From NCBI GenBank assembly GCA_034521755.1, contig JAXHMB010000003.1:503878-567877 (forward strand): a stretch of DNA of 64,000 nt, read 5' to 3'. Positions 34,809 to 44,062 of this stretch are shown piece after piece (position 1 is the first letter of the stretch; the number at the start of each line of letters is the position of its first letter). Both the position numbers and the translations under genes were made by a program. The notes beneath the pieces were generated by a model, which saw only the letters and a list, made by a program, of their open reading frames with translations, was not told the DNA's origin and searched no databases. The stretch comes from Balneolaceae bacterium (GTDB lineage Bacteria > Bacteroidota > Rhodothermia > Balneolales > Balneolaceae).

Positions 34809-34895
34809 GCCGCGGATTGTATGGTTGGGCACGGATAAAATTAAGGAGATAACTTAAATCCAGCGTCATCAGCCCAATCAGTTTCAATCTGTGGC
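34809..34895 (+). other. Long imperfect hairpin downstream of rocD
   Basis: Outer 11-bp helix gccgcggattg / caatctgtggc, whose two G-T pairs are valid only for a plus-strand RNA. Inner helices are ttgggc/gcccaa and ggat/atcc. Confidence 0.45.
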
Positions 34896-34938
34896 ACAAA
34901 ATAGGGTGGTAAGATTCTTCCAATAGAAATGCCCTCGA

Positions 34939-34983
34939 GAACCTGCGTCCGCCAGCCGGCGGATATGAGCCCGACGAGCTACC
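34939..34983 (-). repeat. Chimeric tRNA-fMet-derived motif, copy A
   Basis: gaacctgcg + tccgccagccggcgga + tatgagcccgacgagctacc. The 9-nt and 20-nt blocks are identical to the tRNA gene at 37321..37393. Confidence 0.85.
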
Positions 34984-35236
34984 GGTCGTACTTCTTTTCT
35001 ATCAAATCCCAGATAAACTTCCGCCCTTTAGCCGTCTTCAATTGTTTCTCTCTCCTCATTGCTTCAGCTTTCGTTTCGAACTCTTCGGTATGCACAATTT
35101 CCCAGGGCCTGAATTGAATCGTCCATCCTTTCTTTCCAAGTTTGTTATGAGAAAGCATGCGTGCATCCAGATCAGAAGTGAAGCCTACATATATTTTATC
35201 ATAAGAAGGGGAATACAATGCGTAAACAGTAAACAT
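34979..35236 (-). CDS. Small GIY-YIG nuclease-domain protein (YhbQ/URI-like), copy 1
   Basis: 85 aa, 'MFTVYALYSPSYDKIYVGFTSDLDARMLSHN...EAMRREKQLK' (GIY..YIG plus a conserved R/E). The stop codon lies inside the tRNA-derived motif. Confidence 0.8.
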   Translation of the reverse strand: MFTVYALYSPSYDKIYVGFTSDLDARMLSHNKLGKKGWTIQFRPWEIVHTEEFETKAEAMRREKQLKTAKGRKFIWDLIEKKYDR

Positions 35237-35313
35237 AAGCTCAGAATAAAAAAAGGCCTTAGCACCATGCTAAAGCCTTTTGATAGTGGCGGGGGCATCC
35301 CGAGGAATTGGGA

Positions 35314-35358
35314 GAACCTGCGCCAGCCGGACGGCGGATATGAGCCCGACGAGCTACC
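35314..35358 (-). repeat. Chimeric tRNA-fMet-derived motif, copy B (variant middle segment)
   Basis: gaacctgcg + ccagccggacggcgga + tatgagcccgacgagctacc. Confidence 0.8.
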
Positions 35359-35360
35359 GG

Positions 35361-35609
35361 TCATACTTCTTCTATCAAATCCAGACCAAACTTCCGCCCT
35401 TTAGCTGTCTTCAATTGTTCCTCTCTCCTCATTGCTTCAGCTTTCGTTTCGAACTCTTCGGTATGCACAATTTCCCAGGGCCTGAATTGAATCGTCCATC
35501 CTTTCTTTCCAAGTTTGTTATGAGAAAGCATGCGTGCATCCAGGTCAGCGGTGTAACCGACATATATTTTATCATAAGAAGGGGAATATAATGCGTAAAC
35601 AGTAAACAT
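35361..35609 (-). CDS. Small GIY-YIG nuclease-domain protein, copy 2
   Basis: 82 aa, near-identical to copy 1 (VGYTADLD, REEQLK; a different C-terminal tail). Confidence 0.8.
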   Translation of the reverse strand: MFTVYALYSPSYDKIYVGYTADLDARMLSHNKLGKKGWTIQFRPWEIVHTEEFETKAEAMRREEQLKTAKGRKFGLDLIEEV

Positions 35610-35679
35610 AAGCTCAGAATAAAAAAAGGCCTTAGCACCATGCTAAAGCCTTTTGATAGTGGCGGGGGCATCCCGAGGA

Positions 35680-35920
35680 CTCTGTTAGACTTACCATCTA
35701 TTGAGAATGGGGAAAATCTTACCATTTTTAAAATACCAGCCCACCGGAGACAGGCTAACCCGAGGAAGAGAGTTAGACTCTATGTCCCGAATCAGTCCCT
35801 CCGGTTGTTGGTATTACTCAAACCTAAATAGCATTCTAGCTGAAAACTATGAACAGAGTCAGGTCCGGTAATACCGTGCTGGTAATTAAAACATAAACCA
35901 TTGAAAGATGAGAATTATTG
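35680..35920 (+). ncRNA. Candidate IS110 bridge (guide) RNA region in the left non-coding end
   Basis: Contains cccgagga (35758..35765, identical to the left target flank), tcccgaat (35785..35792, reverse complement of the right flank attcggga) and gttagactc (35772..35780, matching the IS left terminus gttagact at 35684..35691). Confidence 0.4.
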
Positions 35921-36944
35921 ATGTCTACGACAAATCTTAGCAATACAAAATACTACGTTGGAATCGATATTTCGAAAGCAACCCTGGATTGCTGGATTCG
36001 ACCGGCCGGGAACCATCTGTGCTGTAAAAACGAACGCCAGTGGATTTGATCAGCTGTTACAATGGATGGGCGATCAAGGCTGCACGGTGGATAACACCGT
36101 TATGTGCATGGAGAACACCGGCATTTATGGAAAACGGTTGTTGGTGGCTCTCACTGAAGCCGGCTGGCCTACTGCGGTTGAGAAAACCACCGTAACCGAT
36201 AAGGTCGGTCCCGAGCACGACCGCAAAGAGGATGAGTTCGATGCGAGTCTTCTCGCTGAGTACGCGGATCGCTTTGCTGACCAACTTCATATAACCACCC
36301 CACCCGAAGAGGCCTTAGACCAGATAAAGCAACTCTATAGCGAGCGACGTCGACTGGTGCGCCAGCGGACAGCGACCAAAACCAAGCAAACCCAGTCGAC
36401 CCAGCAGCCGCATTGCCTACAACTGCTTCGACACGGATGGAACCGGCAGCTGGAGTTCCTGGACAAACAAATTGAGACCTTGGAGTCCCGGATCGCCCAA
36501 ATTATAGAAGCCCACGAGGGGCTTTGTAGCTATTTTACGCTGTTGCAGAGTATTCCTGGTGTAGCTGAAGTAACAGCTTGGTTATGGTTGATTCATTTTT
36601 ATGGGCAACCAAAGCTAAATCCAAAGAAAATTGCCTCTCGATTTGGAGTAGCCCCGCACACTCACGAGTCAGGATCTTCGGTCCGCGGGAAAACCAGATC
36701 GAGTGGTCACGGGGCCTCTGAAATGCGTTCAACCATGACCCTGGCGGCCCGTTCAGCCAGTACGCACTATGATCGTTTTAAAGCCTATAAACAAAAGAAA
36801 CTCGATGAGGGAAAATGTTGGCCTGTTGTACGAAATAATTTGGTAAATAAATTAATCACCATAATGTGTGCCATATGGAACAGCGGCCAGCCATACGATC
36901 CGGATCACACCTCACGATTTGACCGGGAGAAAAAAGCTGCATAA
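35921..36944 (+). pseudogene. IS110-family DEDD transposase, frame shift near codon ~30
   Basis: ATG 35921 gives 'MSTTNLSNTKYYVGIDISKATLDCWIRPAG', then a stop. The remainder, 'TNASGFDQLLQWM...GVAPHTHESGSSVRGKTR..', is in the 35958..36944 frame. Confidence 0.8.
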
Positions 36945-36971
36945 TACTTGCAAAAGTCATAGCATTCGGGA

Positions 36972-37016
36972 GAACCTGCGTCCGCCAGCCGGCGGATATG
37001 AGCCCGACGAGCTACC
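36972..37016 (-). repeat. Chimeric tRNA-fMet-derived motif, copy C
   Basis: Identical to copy A. Confidence 0.85.
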
Positions 37017-37270
37017 GGTCGTACTTCTTTTCTATTAAATCCCAAATAAACCTTCCGCCCTTTAGCCGTCTTTAGTTGCTTCTCTCTGTTCATTGCTTCA
37101 GCTTTCGTTTCGAACTCTTCGGTATGCACAATTTCCCAGGGCCTGAATTGAATCGTCCATCCTTTCTTTCCAAGTTTGTTATGAGAAAGCATGCGTGCAT
37201 CCAGGTCAGAGGTGTAACCGACATATATTTTATCATAAGAAGGGGAATATAATGCGTAAACAGTAAACAT
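37012..37270 (-). pseudogene. Small GIY-YIG nuclease-domain protein, copy 3, with a 1-nt insertion near the 3' end
   Basis: Same N-terminal 70 aa as copy 2. An extra g (ggaaggttta versus ggaagttta) shifts the frame, so the ORF reads through the tRNA-like motif to 36905. Confidence 0.7.
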
Positions 37271-37281
37271 AAGCTCAGAAT

Positions 37282-37312
37282 AAAAAAAGGCCTTAGCACC
37301 ATGCTAAAGCCT
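37282..37312 (-). terminator. Intrinsic terminator directly after tRNA-fMet; copies also sit in units 1 and 2 near 35249..35279 and 35622..35652
   Basis: Minus-strand hairpin ggctttagca-tgg-tgctaaggcc followed by T7. Confidence 0.7.
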
Positions 37313-37320
37313 TTTGATAG

Positions 37321-37393
<73 letters not shown>

Positions 37394-37424
37394 ATATAAA
37401 TTCATTTATTCATCGCGAACATTT

Positions 37425-37457
37425 GAACCTGCGTCCGCCAGCCGGCGGATATGAGCC
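37425..37457 (-). repeat. Solo truncated copy (D) of the chimeric tRNA-derived motif, upstream of the tRNA
   Basis: gaacctgcgtccgccagccggcggatatgagcc lies 32 nt 5' of the tRNA start, with unrelated flanks. Confidence 0.8.
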
Positions 37458-37585
37458 GGATTTCAACATCAAATCAGACCCGCGATGTAAGACTCCAATA
37501 ATAAGGGTTGACATAGGTACTTGTCAATACTAAATTAACTATTCTTTTCTGAACCAATAACAGATTTAAAACCACTCATATCCTT

Positions 37586-38956
37586 ATGGCTATTGATACA
37601 AAGGTCAATCCTCAGCAAGTACATAAAATATTAGATAAACATATTCTTACCGATGGATATGATCTTGTGCTTGATCTTGAAAAAAGTGAAGGAATTTACC
37701 TATATGATTCAAAAAGCGGCAACCGTTACCTCGACTTTTTCACTTTCTTTGCTTCCAATCCTCTTGGGATGAATCATCCGCGCTTGGCTAACGAAGAGTT
37801 TATCCAAAAAATTGGAAAAGCTGCCGTCAACAAGCCTTCAAATTCTGATGTATATACAGAGGCCATGGCTGAATTTGTAGATCACTTTGACCGAGTGGGT
37901 ATTCCTGACTATATGCCCTATTCTTTCTTTGTTTCAGGTGGTGCCCTAGCAGTAGAAAACGCTCTTAAAGTAGCATTTGACTGGAAAGTGCAAAAGAATT
38001 TCCAAAAAGGGTATCGACAGGAAAAAGGTCATAAGGTACTACACTTTGAAAAAGCTTTTCATGGCCGATCGGGTTATACCATGTCACTCACAAACACAAA
38101 GCCGGGCAAAGTAAAATACTTTCCAAAGTTTGACTGGCCGCGTGTGGTAAATCCGGTTATGAAGTACCCGGAAACTAAAGAACACATCCGGCAGGCTGAA
38201 ATGATGGAACAAAAAGCCATAGCTCAAGCTGAACGCTACTTTGAGATGTATAAAGATGATATTGCATGCATCATCATTGAACCTATTCAAGGGGAAGGCG
38301 GCGACAACCATTTCAGGCTTGAATTTCATCAGGCACTTCGGGATTTGGCTGACAAACACGAAGCATTGCTTATTTATGATGAGGTACAAACCGGAGTTGG
38401 GCTGACCGGTAAATTCTGGGCTCATGAACATTATGTAAAACCTGATATTCTGGCCTTCGGTAAAAAAGCACAGGTTTGTGGAATTCTCTCAAATACAAGA
38501 GTGGATGATATTGAAACAAACTGTTTTCATGTTTCTTCAAGGATAAATTCTACGTGGGGCGGCAACCTCGTTGATATGGTCCGCTTTGGACGCATTCTCC
38601 AGGTCATAGAAGAAGAAAACCTGGTAGAAAACGCCGCTTCCGTTGGAGGATATCTGCAAGAAAAAATTATAGCACTCTCTGAAGAATTCGAACATTTCAC
38701 CAATCCTCGAGGAAAAGGACTTTTCTGTGCTATAGACCTGCCCGATGCTCATGCAAGAGATGCTGTAGTTAAAGAATGTTTCAACCATAATCTTATGATC
38801 TTATCTTGTGGAGAACGCAGCATCCGGTTCCGTCCCCCATTGACAGTACAAAAAGATCATATTGATGAAGGCATTGAAATCATCAAGAAAGCCTATAAAA
38901 AAGCCGCCGACAGATGCCCCGTTTTAAAACGAAATGTTGGAGATAACGGACATTAA
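37586..38956 (+). CDS. lat: L-lysine 6-transaminase (class III aminotransferase)
   Basis: 456 aa with 'HILTDGYDLVLDLEKSEG', 'YLDFFTFFASNPLGMNHP', 'DEVQTGVGLTG' and 'AFGKK'. Confidence 0.8.
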   Translation: MAIDTKVNPQQVHKILDKHILTDGYDLVLDLEKSEGIYLYDSKSGNRYLDFFTFFASNPLGMNHPRLANEEFIQKIGKAAVNKPSNSDVYTEAMAEFVDHFDRVGIPDYMPYSFFVSGGALAVENALKVAFDWKVQKNFQKGYRQEKGHKVLHFEKAFHGRSGYTMSLTNTKPGKVKYFPKFDWPRVVNPVMKYPETKEHIRQAEMMEQKAIAQAERYFEMYKDDIACIIIEPIQGEGGDNHFRLEFHQALRDLADKHEALLIYDEVQTGVGLTGKFWAHEHYVKPDILAFGKKAQVCGILSNTRVDDIETNCFHVSSRINSTWGGNLVDMVRFGRILQVIEEENLVENAASVGGYLQEKIIALSEEFEHFTNPRGKGLFCAIDLPDAHARDAVVKECFNHNLMILSCGERSIRFRPPLTVQKDHIDEGIEIIKKAYKKAADRCPVLKRNVGDNGH

Positions 38957-38991
38957 TTAATCCTGTTGTCAGTTATTGCTAACCGGCAAGA

Positions 38992-39711
38992 TCAAACCAT
39001 CTGATGTGATTCAGGCTGTATCGTTATTTCATTGAGTACTGAATCAGCTGGCTGATTGGCTGCATAGTAGATGGCTTTGCCCACTTCTTCGGGCGTAAGC
39101 ATTTTATCCGATTGTACTCTCATGTCAACGAGCTTATCATCCCAGAACGGAGTATCTACACCGCCAAGATGCATCAGTGTGAATTTAATACCACTTCTCT
39201 TGTTTTCTTCAATAAGTGATTTGGTAAATCCTGTGACTGCAAACTTGGAAGCTGCATAAACCGATGAGTTTTTCATCGGATATTTGCCCAGAGTACCCGG
39301 CAACATTATTACCCTACCCTTCTTTTCAGTTGCCATATGACGTACTACCGTTTGTGTAACCAAGAATGTTCCATACACATTAGTGTTAATAACTTCTTTG
39401 GCATTATCCGGTTTAATATCCAACAGTGGCTGTATTAGGCCACGGCCAAAAGCATTAACTAATACATCGATGCTTCCAAGATCTTCATTTATCTCTCTTA
39501 CCATTGTTGAAACCGAAGCCAGGTCTGTTACCTCAACTCCTATCACAAAAGCTTCGCCCCCATTATTGTTAATCTCTTTGGCAACTTCCTCTGCTTTATC
39601 CTGATTACGGGCAGCCAGAACAACCTTAGCCCCGGCTTGACCAAACACTTTGCCTGCTGCACTTCCAATTCCGCCTGATCCTCCAACAATAAGTACTACT
39701 TTACCTTTCAT
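38992..39711 (-). CDS. Short-chain dehydrogenase/reductase (SDR)
   Basis: 239 aa with 'VGGSGGIGSA' and the catalytic 'YAASKFA'. Confidence 0.8.
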   Translation of the reverse strand: MKGKVVLIVGGSGGIGSAAGKVFGQAGAKVVLAARNQDKAEEVAKEINNNGGEAFVIGVEVTDLASVSTMVREINEDLGSIDVLVNAFGRGLIQPLLDIKPDNAKEVINTNVYGTFLVTQTVVRHMATEKKGRVIMLPGTLGKYPMKNSSVYAASKFAVTGFTKSLIEENKRSGIKFTLMHLGGVDTPFWDDKLVDMRVQSDKMLTPEEVGKAIYYAANQPADSVLNEITIQPESHQMV

Positions 39712-39785
39712 AAATAAATTTAACTATGGTATTTGAGTTAATGTGTCTATTCAATTTTTCTGCACTCTATTTCGTTCACCAAATA

Positions 39786-39812
39786 AAAAAAGGCTCCGCT
39801 TGGAGCCCTTTA
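39786..39812 (-). terminator. Intrinsic terminator after purL
   Basis: Hairpin ggctcc-gctt-ggagcc, with T7 on the minus strand. Confidence 0.7.
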
Positions 39813-39834
39813 AAAATTTAAGTTTGGAAATATT

Positions 39835-42072
39835 TTATTGAGTCATTGCAGAAGGAATAGCAGACTCATAAATACCGGATAAATCTGATATATCTATTTT
39901 GATGTAATCATCAATATTGAGGGATTTGCCAGAAACAAAACCTAATTTTTGAACTGGAATTCCGGCACTTTCGAAATGCTCATTCACTTTTTCTTCTTGA
40001 TCAGAGGGACAAGTGACTACAACACCAGACTGTGCTTCACTGTAAAGGATATCATGCTCACTATTGCCCAGATCTTTGACAGATAGTTCAGCCCCCAGAC
40101 CTGAATAGATGGCCATTTCGGCCAAGGTTACCGCCAAGCCGCCGTCTGATATATCGTGTACTGCATTGACCTTTCCTTCACGAATGCCCTCCAAAAGTGC
40201 ATTCTGCAATTTACCTTCAAACTCAAGATCAATATATGGTGTGTCTCCCATTGTTAAATCATGAATAGCGCTCAGGTATTCAGAACCTCCTAATCCATTT
40301 CGCTCAGCTCCAACAAAGAAAACGGTATCGCCTTCTTCCTTGAAGTTTGGCGTCATCGTATGCTTCTCTATATCTTCAATCAAACCGAGCATTCCGATAA
40401 CCGGTGTTGGAAATACTGCTGACTTAGGATTTTCATTATAAAAACTCACGTTACCACCTGTTACCGGTGTATTAAACTGGCGACAGGCATCACTCATACC
40501 GGCTAAAGCTTCTTTAAATGTCCAGTAAACTTCCGGTTTATACGGGTTGCCAAAGTTAAGGCAGTTCGTGATAGCCATCGGTTTCGCACCGCTGCACACC
40601 ACATTTCGGGCTGCTTCTGCCACGGCAATTTGTCCACCGCGCCGCGGATTCAAATATACATACCGACCATTACAATCAGTCTTCACGGCCAACCCTTTGT
40701 TGGTACCTTTAATTCGAATCACCCCGGAATCTGAGGCACCGGGCCCGTTTACGGTATTGGTTCGCACCATGGTGTCATACTGTTCATGCACCCATCGTTT
40801 GGAAGCAACATTTGGTGAGCTCAGCAGCTTATTGAGAATTTCATTATGATCCGTGGGATGGTCCAGTGAATCAACATCAAAGTTCTGGGTTTCATCCAGG
40901 TATTTTGGGCGGTTTGCTTCTCGTTCATAAACCGGTGCTCCGCCACCAAGCACCAGACTGTCTGCAGGGATATCAGCTTTTATTTCACCATCTTTGATAT
41001 AAGTGACATTTTCGCCCTCAACAACTTCACCAATTACAACAGCATTCAGATCCCATTTTTCGTAGATGTCAATAATCTCTTGCTCACGTCCCTTCTCTGC
41101 TACCACCAGCATACGCTCCTGACTTTCAGAAAGAAGCAGCTCATAGGCCGTCATGCCATCTTCACGGGCCGGCACTTTATCAAGATCAAGCTTCATGCCG
41201 CATTTGCCCTTGGCACTCATCTCAGATGAAGAACAGGATATACCGGCAGCACCCATATCTTGCATACCCACTATGCCGCCATTTTTAATCGCTTCAAGCG
41301 AAGCTTCTAATAACAGCTTTTCCGTAAAGGGATCTCCTACCTGAACACTTGGACGCTTATCTTCACTTTCTTCACTAATCTCTTCAGAAGCAAAAGTGGC
41401 CCCATGAATACCATCACGACCCGTACTTGATCCAACAATGATTACAGGATTACCTGTCCCTTCTGCAATAGCTGAAGCTGTTTGGCCTTCCTTTACAATA
41501 CCCACACTCATGGCATTAACCAGTGGATTAGCCTCATACTTTTCATCAAAATAAATTTCTCCTCCTACCACCGGTACTCCAAAAGCATTGCCATAATCAG
41601 CAATACCTCTTACAACTCCATCCAACAAAAATCGAACCCTTGGATTATCAAGCTTTCCAAAGCGAAGTGAATTGAGGCTGGCAATTGGACGTGCTCCCAT
41701 TGTAAAGATATCACGGTGAATACCTCCTACGCCCGTTGCTGCTCCCTGGTAAGGCTCAATAGCCGAAGGGTGATTATGGCTCTCAACTTTAAAAGCACAG
41801 CCTAACCCATCACCAATATCAACGAGACCGGCATTTTCTTCTCCTGCACCCACCAAAAGCTGGGGGCCTTCATTAGGGAGCTTTTTAATTTCAAGTATGG
41901 AGTTTTTATATGAACAGTGCTCGCTCCACATTACAGAATAAACCCCAAGCTCGGTAAAAGTAGGGGTACGCCCCAAATACTCTTTTATCATTTCAAACTC
42001 TTCTTCATTCAGGCCATGCTCTATAGCCAAATCAAGATCTACTGTGGGTTCCTCGATTGTTTGTTGAGACAT
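39835..42072 (-). CDS. purL: Phosphoribosylformylglycinamidine synthase subunit PurL
   Basis: 745 aa with '[10 protein letters not shown]', '[22 protein letters not shown]' and 'DISDGGLAV'. Confidence 0.95.
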   Translation of the reverse strand: MSQQTIEEPTVDLDLAIEHGLNEEEFEMIKEYLGRTPTFTELGVYSVMWSEHCSYKNSILEIKKLPNEGPQLLVGAGEENAGLVDIGDGLGCAFKVESHNHPSAIEPYQGAATGVGGIHRDIFTMGARPIASLNSLRFGKLDNPRVRFLLDGVVRGIADYGNAFGVPVVGGEIYFDEKYEANPLVNAMSVGIVKEGQTASAIAEGTGNPVIIVGSSTGRDGIHGATFASEEISEESEDKRPSVQVGDPFTEKLLLEASLEAIKNGGIVGMQDMGAAGISCSSSEMSAKGKCGMKLDLDKVPAREDGMTAYELLLSESQERMLVVAEKGREQEIIDIYEKWDLNAVVIGEVVEGENVTYIKDGEIKADIPADSLVLGGGAPVYEREANRPKYLDETQNFDVDSLDHPTDHNEILNKLLSSPNVASKRWVHEQYDTMVRTNTVNGPGASDSGVIRIKGTNKGLAVKTDCNGRYVYLNPRRGGQIAVAEAARNVVCSGAKPMAITNCLNFGNPYKPEVYWTFKEALAGMSDACRQFNTPVTGGNVSFYNENPKSAVFPTPVIGMLGLIEDIEKHTMTPNFKEEGDTVFFVGAERNGLGGSEYLSAIHDLTMGDTPYIDLEFEGKLQNALLEGIREGKVNAVHDISDGGLAVTLAEMAIYSGLGAELSVKDLGNSEHDILYSEAQSGVVVTCPSDQEEKVNEHFESAGIPVQKLGFVSGKSLNIDDYIKIDISDLSGIYESAIPSAMTQ

Positions 42073-42107
42073 CCGTGGGTTGGTTATATAAGTTATCAGT
42101 TATAAAA

Positions 42108-42806
42108 TTAGACCTTTAATAAATCAATAAGTCGTTCAAAATCATTAAATACAAAGTCAGCCTTTCGGTGTTTTTCAGGGTCACCGTTTGATGTAAACCA
42201 GGCAACTTTCCATCCATAATTAATGCCGCCAATAACATCAGAATTAAATGAATCACCGATATACAAGATATCGGCAGGCTGTAATCCTGTGAGCTCTGTA
42301 GCGTGATCAAAAACTTTATGATGCGGCTTCAACACTCCAACATCTTCAGAAATTACCAAATGACTGGCCTTGTCATATAAATCAAACTGCTCAAATTTCT
42401 TTTGCTGCGTTTCCGAAAAGCCGTTAGTCAACACCCCTACGCTATAGAACTCCCGGATTTTATGAAATGCCTTTTGTGCCCCTCTTATCCATTGCCAATG
42501 ATTGCGGTAGCTCTTCATATAATAAGTGCCTACCTCTTCATATCGAAAACTGTCAAGCGAAAGGGAATCCAAGGTTTGTTCAAATCGATTGCGCTGGAGC
42601 TCTTGTCGCGTGACTTTATTCTTACTGTACAGCTTCCACTGTGTGCTGTTTACTTTTTGGTAGGTATCAATAAGCTCTTTTGAGCTGATTCCATTAAACA
42701 AATCGAAATGATTATGCACATCTTTGAGTCCTGCCTGTTCTGCACTCTTGTGATCCAAGAGTGTATCATCTAAATCAAAATAAATAAACTTGGGTTCTAG
42801 AAGCAT
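42108..42806 (-). CDS. HAD-superfamily hydrolase (YjjG-like)
   Basis: 232 aa with 'IYFDLDDTL' and 'YIGDSFNSDV'. Confidence 0.75.
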   Translation of the reverse strand: MLLEPKFIYFDLDDTLLDHKSAEQAGLKDVHNHFDLFNGISSKELIDTYQKVNSTQWKLYSKNKVTRQELQRNRFEQTLDSLSLDSFRYEEVGTYYMKSYRNHWQWIRGAQKAFHKIREFYSVGVLTNGFSETQQKKFEQFDLYDKASHLVISEDVGVLKPHHKVFDHATELTGLQPADILYIGDSFNSDVIGGINYGWKVAWFTSNGDPEKHRKADFVFNDFERLIDLLKV

Positions 42807-42935
42807 AACGACATGAATTTAAAGGGCTAAAGATATGGAACTTATGCCAGATCAAAAACTAAGATTATAGATAAAAAACCATGTATCATTTTTATTGCCA
42901 TTTCGTATATTTTAGCGCTTTCGAATTATTAACTA

Positions 42936-43535
42936 ATGTATTTTTTTATGAAAAAGAATTTAATCATCGGTTTAGCTGTAATCCTTGTCCTTGGCTTTTA
43001 TGCTGTAAGTGTAAATAACAGCCTTGTACAAAAACAGGAAACAGTCAACAACGCATGGGCTCAAGTAGAGAATCAGTATCAGCGACGTTCAGATCTTATT
43101 CCGAATCTTGTAAATACTGTTAAAGGTGCTACAAATTTTGAACAAGAAACGCTGACCAGCGTGATTGAAGCGCGCAGTAAAGCAACTTCAATTCAAGTTA
43201 GCGCGGATGACCTGAATGATCCTCAAAAAGTAGCTCAATTCCAGCAGGCACAGCAGCAGCTTTCCGGAGCCTTGTCGCGATTATTGGTTACTGTTGAGCG
43301 CTATCCCGAACTGAAGGCAAACCAAAACTTCAGAGACCTGCAAACACAGCTTGAAGGCACCGAAAATAGGATTTCAACGGAACGTAAACGTTTTAATGAT
43401 GCCGTAAGAAGTTACAATACTTCTATTCAAAAATTTCCGACGAACCTGTTTGCGGGCATGCTTGGATTTGACCAAAAAGCTTATTTTCAGGCGGATGAAG
43501 GTACTGACGAGGCTCCTGAAGTTAATTTTAATTGA
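42936..43535 (+). CDS. lemA: LemA-family membrane protein
   Basis: 199 aa. N-terminal TM helix, then 'QVENQYQRRSDLIPNLV' and 'RKRFNDAVRSYN'. Confidence 0.85.
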   Translation: MYFFMKKNLIIGLAVILVLGFYAVSVNNSLVQKQETVNNAWAQVENQYQRRSDLIPNLVNTVKGATNFEQETLTSVIEARSKATSIQVSADDLNDPQKVAQFQQAQQQLSGALSRLLVTVERYPELKANQNFRDLQTQLEGTENRISTERKRFNDAVRSYNTSIQKFPTNLFAGMLGFDQKAYFQADEGTDEAPEVNFN

Positions 43536-43603
43536 TATTTCAAGTTTACTCAAAGCGGCTTTAAGCTGCTACTATTTAACCTTGTGCAAAATTCTTTAGG
43601 GAT

Positions 43604-44059
43604 ATGAGCTCTAAAAACTTATTGACACCAGAACAGGAACAACACATCATTGCTGCTATTGCAGATGCTGAAAATCAGACATCAGGGGAAATTCGCATCC
43701 ATATTGAACAACACAGCAAGCGCGATCCTTTGGTACGCGCCGCACGCATTTTCCATGAGTTGGGCATGGATCAAACGGAGCTTCAAAACGGTGTTCTTAT
43801 TTACATTGCCAGTGAAGATCACAAAGCAGCTGTTTATGCAGGCAAAGGCATTCATAAACAAGTTGAAGATCCTTTCTGGAATGATGTGTTAGAGATTATT
43901 CTCCAGCACTTCAAAAAAGAAGAGTTTGAACAAGGTATTGCAGAAGCCGTCACCAAAGTTGGTAACAAGTTAAAGGAACTGTTTCCTTATCAGCGCAAAG
44001 GTGTGAATGAACTCTCAGACGAAATAAGCTATAACGACAACAAAGAAGAAGAGGAATAA
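43604..44059 (+). CDS. TPM-domain (TLP18.3/Psb32/MOLO-1-like) protein
   Basis: 151 aa with 'AIADAENQTSGEIRIHIE' and 'NGVLIYIA..DHKAAVYAGKGI'. Confidence 0.7.
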   Translation: MSSKNLLTPEQEQHIIAAIADAENQTSGEIRIHIEQHSKRDPLVRAARIFHELGMDQTELQNGVLIYIASEDHKAAVYAGKGIHKQVEDPFWNDVLEIILQHFKKEEFEQGIAEAVTKVGNKLKELFPYQRKGVNELSDEISYNDNKEEEE

Positions 44060-44062
44060 ATA

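Larger units (their letters stand above)
35680..36963 (+). mobile_element. IS110-family insertion sequence (~1.28 kb) inserted in the 16-nt hairpin between GIY-YIG units 2 and 3
   Basis: The uninterrupted junction tcccgaggaattggga (35298..35313) is split here into tcccgagga (35671..35679) and attcggga (36964..36971). No obvious terminal inverted repeats. Boundaries are accurate to about 2 nt. Confidence 0.8.
34937..37320 (-). repeat. Tandem array of three ~375-bp GIY-YIG/tRNA-fragment modules, with an IS110 insertion at the junction of units 2 and 3
   Basis: Units are 34937..35311, 35312..35679(+) and 36970..37320. By eye they are roughly 95% identical across the ORF, terminator hairpin and tRNA-derived blocks. 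Confidence 0.9.

Noticed and set aside
35042-35591. Plus-strand ORFs of 120 and 103 aa (35042..35404, 35280..35591), and minus-strand alternative-frame ORFs (35429..35725, 37090..37302), inside the repeat array
   Set aside because: They are antisense or out-of-frame shadows of the GIY-YIG ORFs. They recur only because the DNA is repeated, and they have no recognisable domain.
36905-37011. Extension of GIY-YIG copy 3 through the tRNA-like motif into the IS110 end (121-aa ORF), considered as a possible fusion protein
   Set aside because: It is explained by a single extra g relative to copies 1 and 2. The extension translates the tRNA-derived motif and IS terminus into an unstructured basic tail.
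34937-37320. Possible CRISPR array, because of regularly spaced repeats
   Set aside because: The repeat unit is ~375 bp and contains an ORF. There are no short direct repeats with unique spacers and no cas genes in the window.
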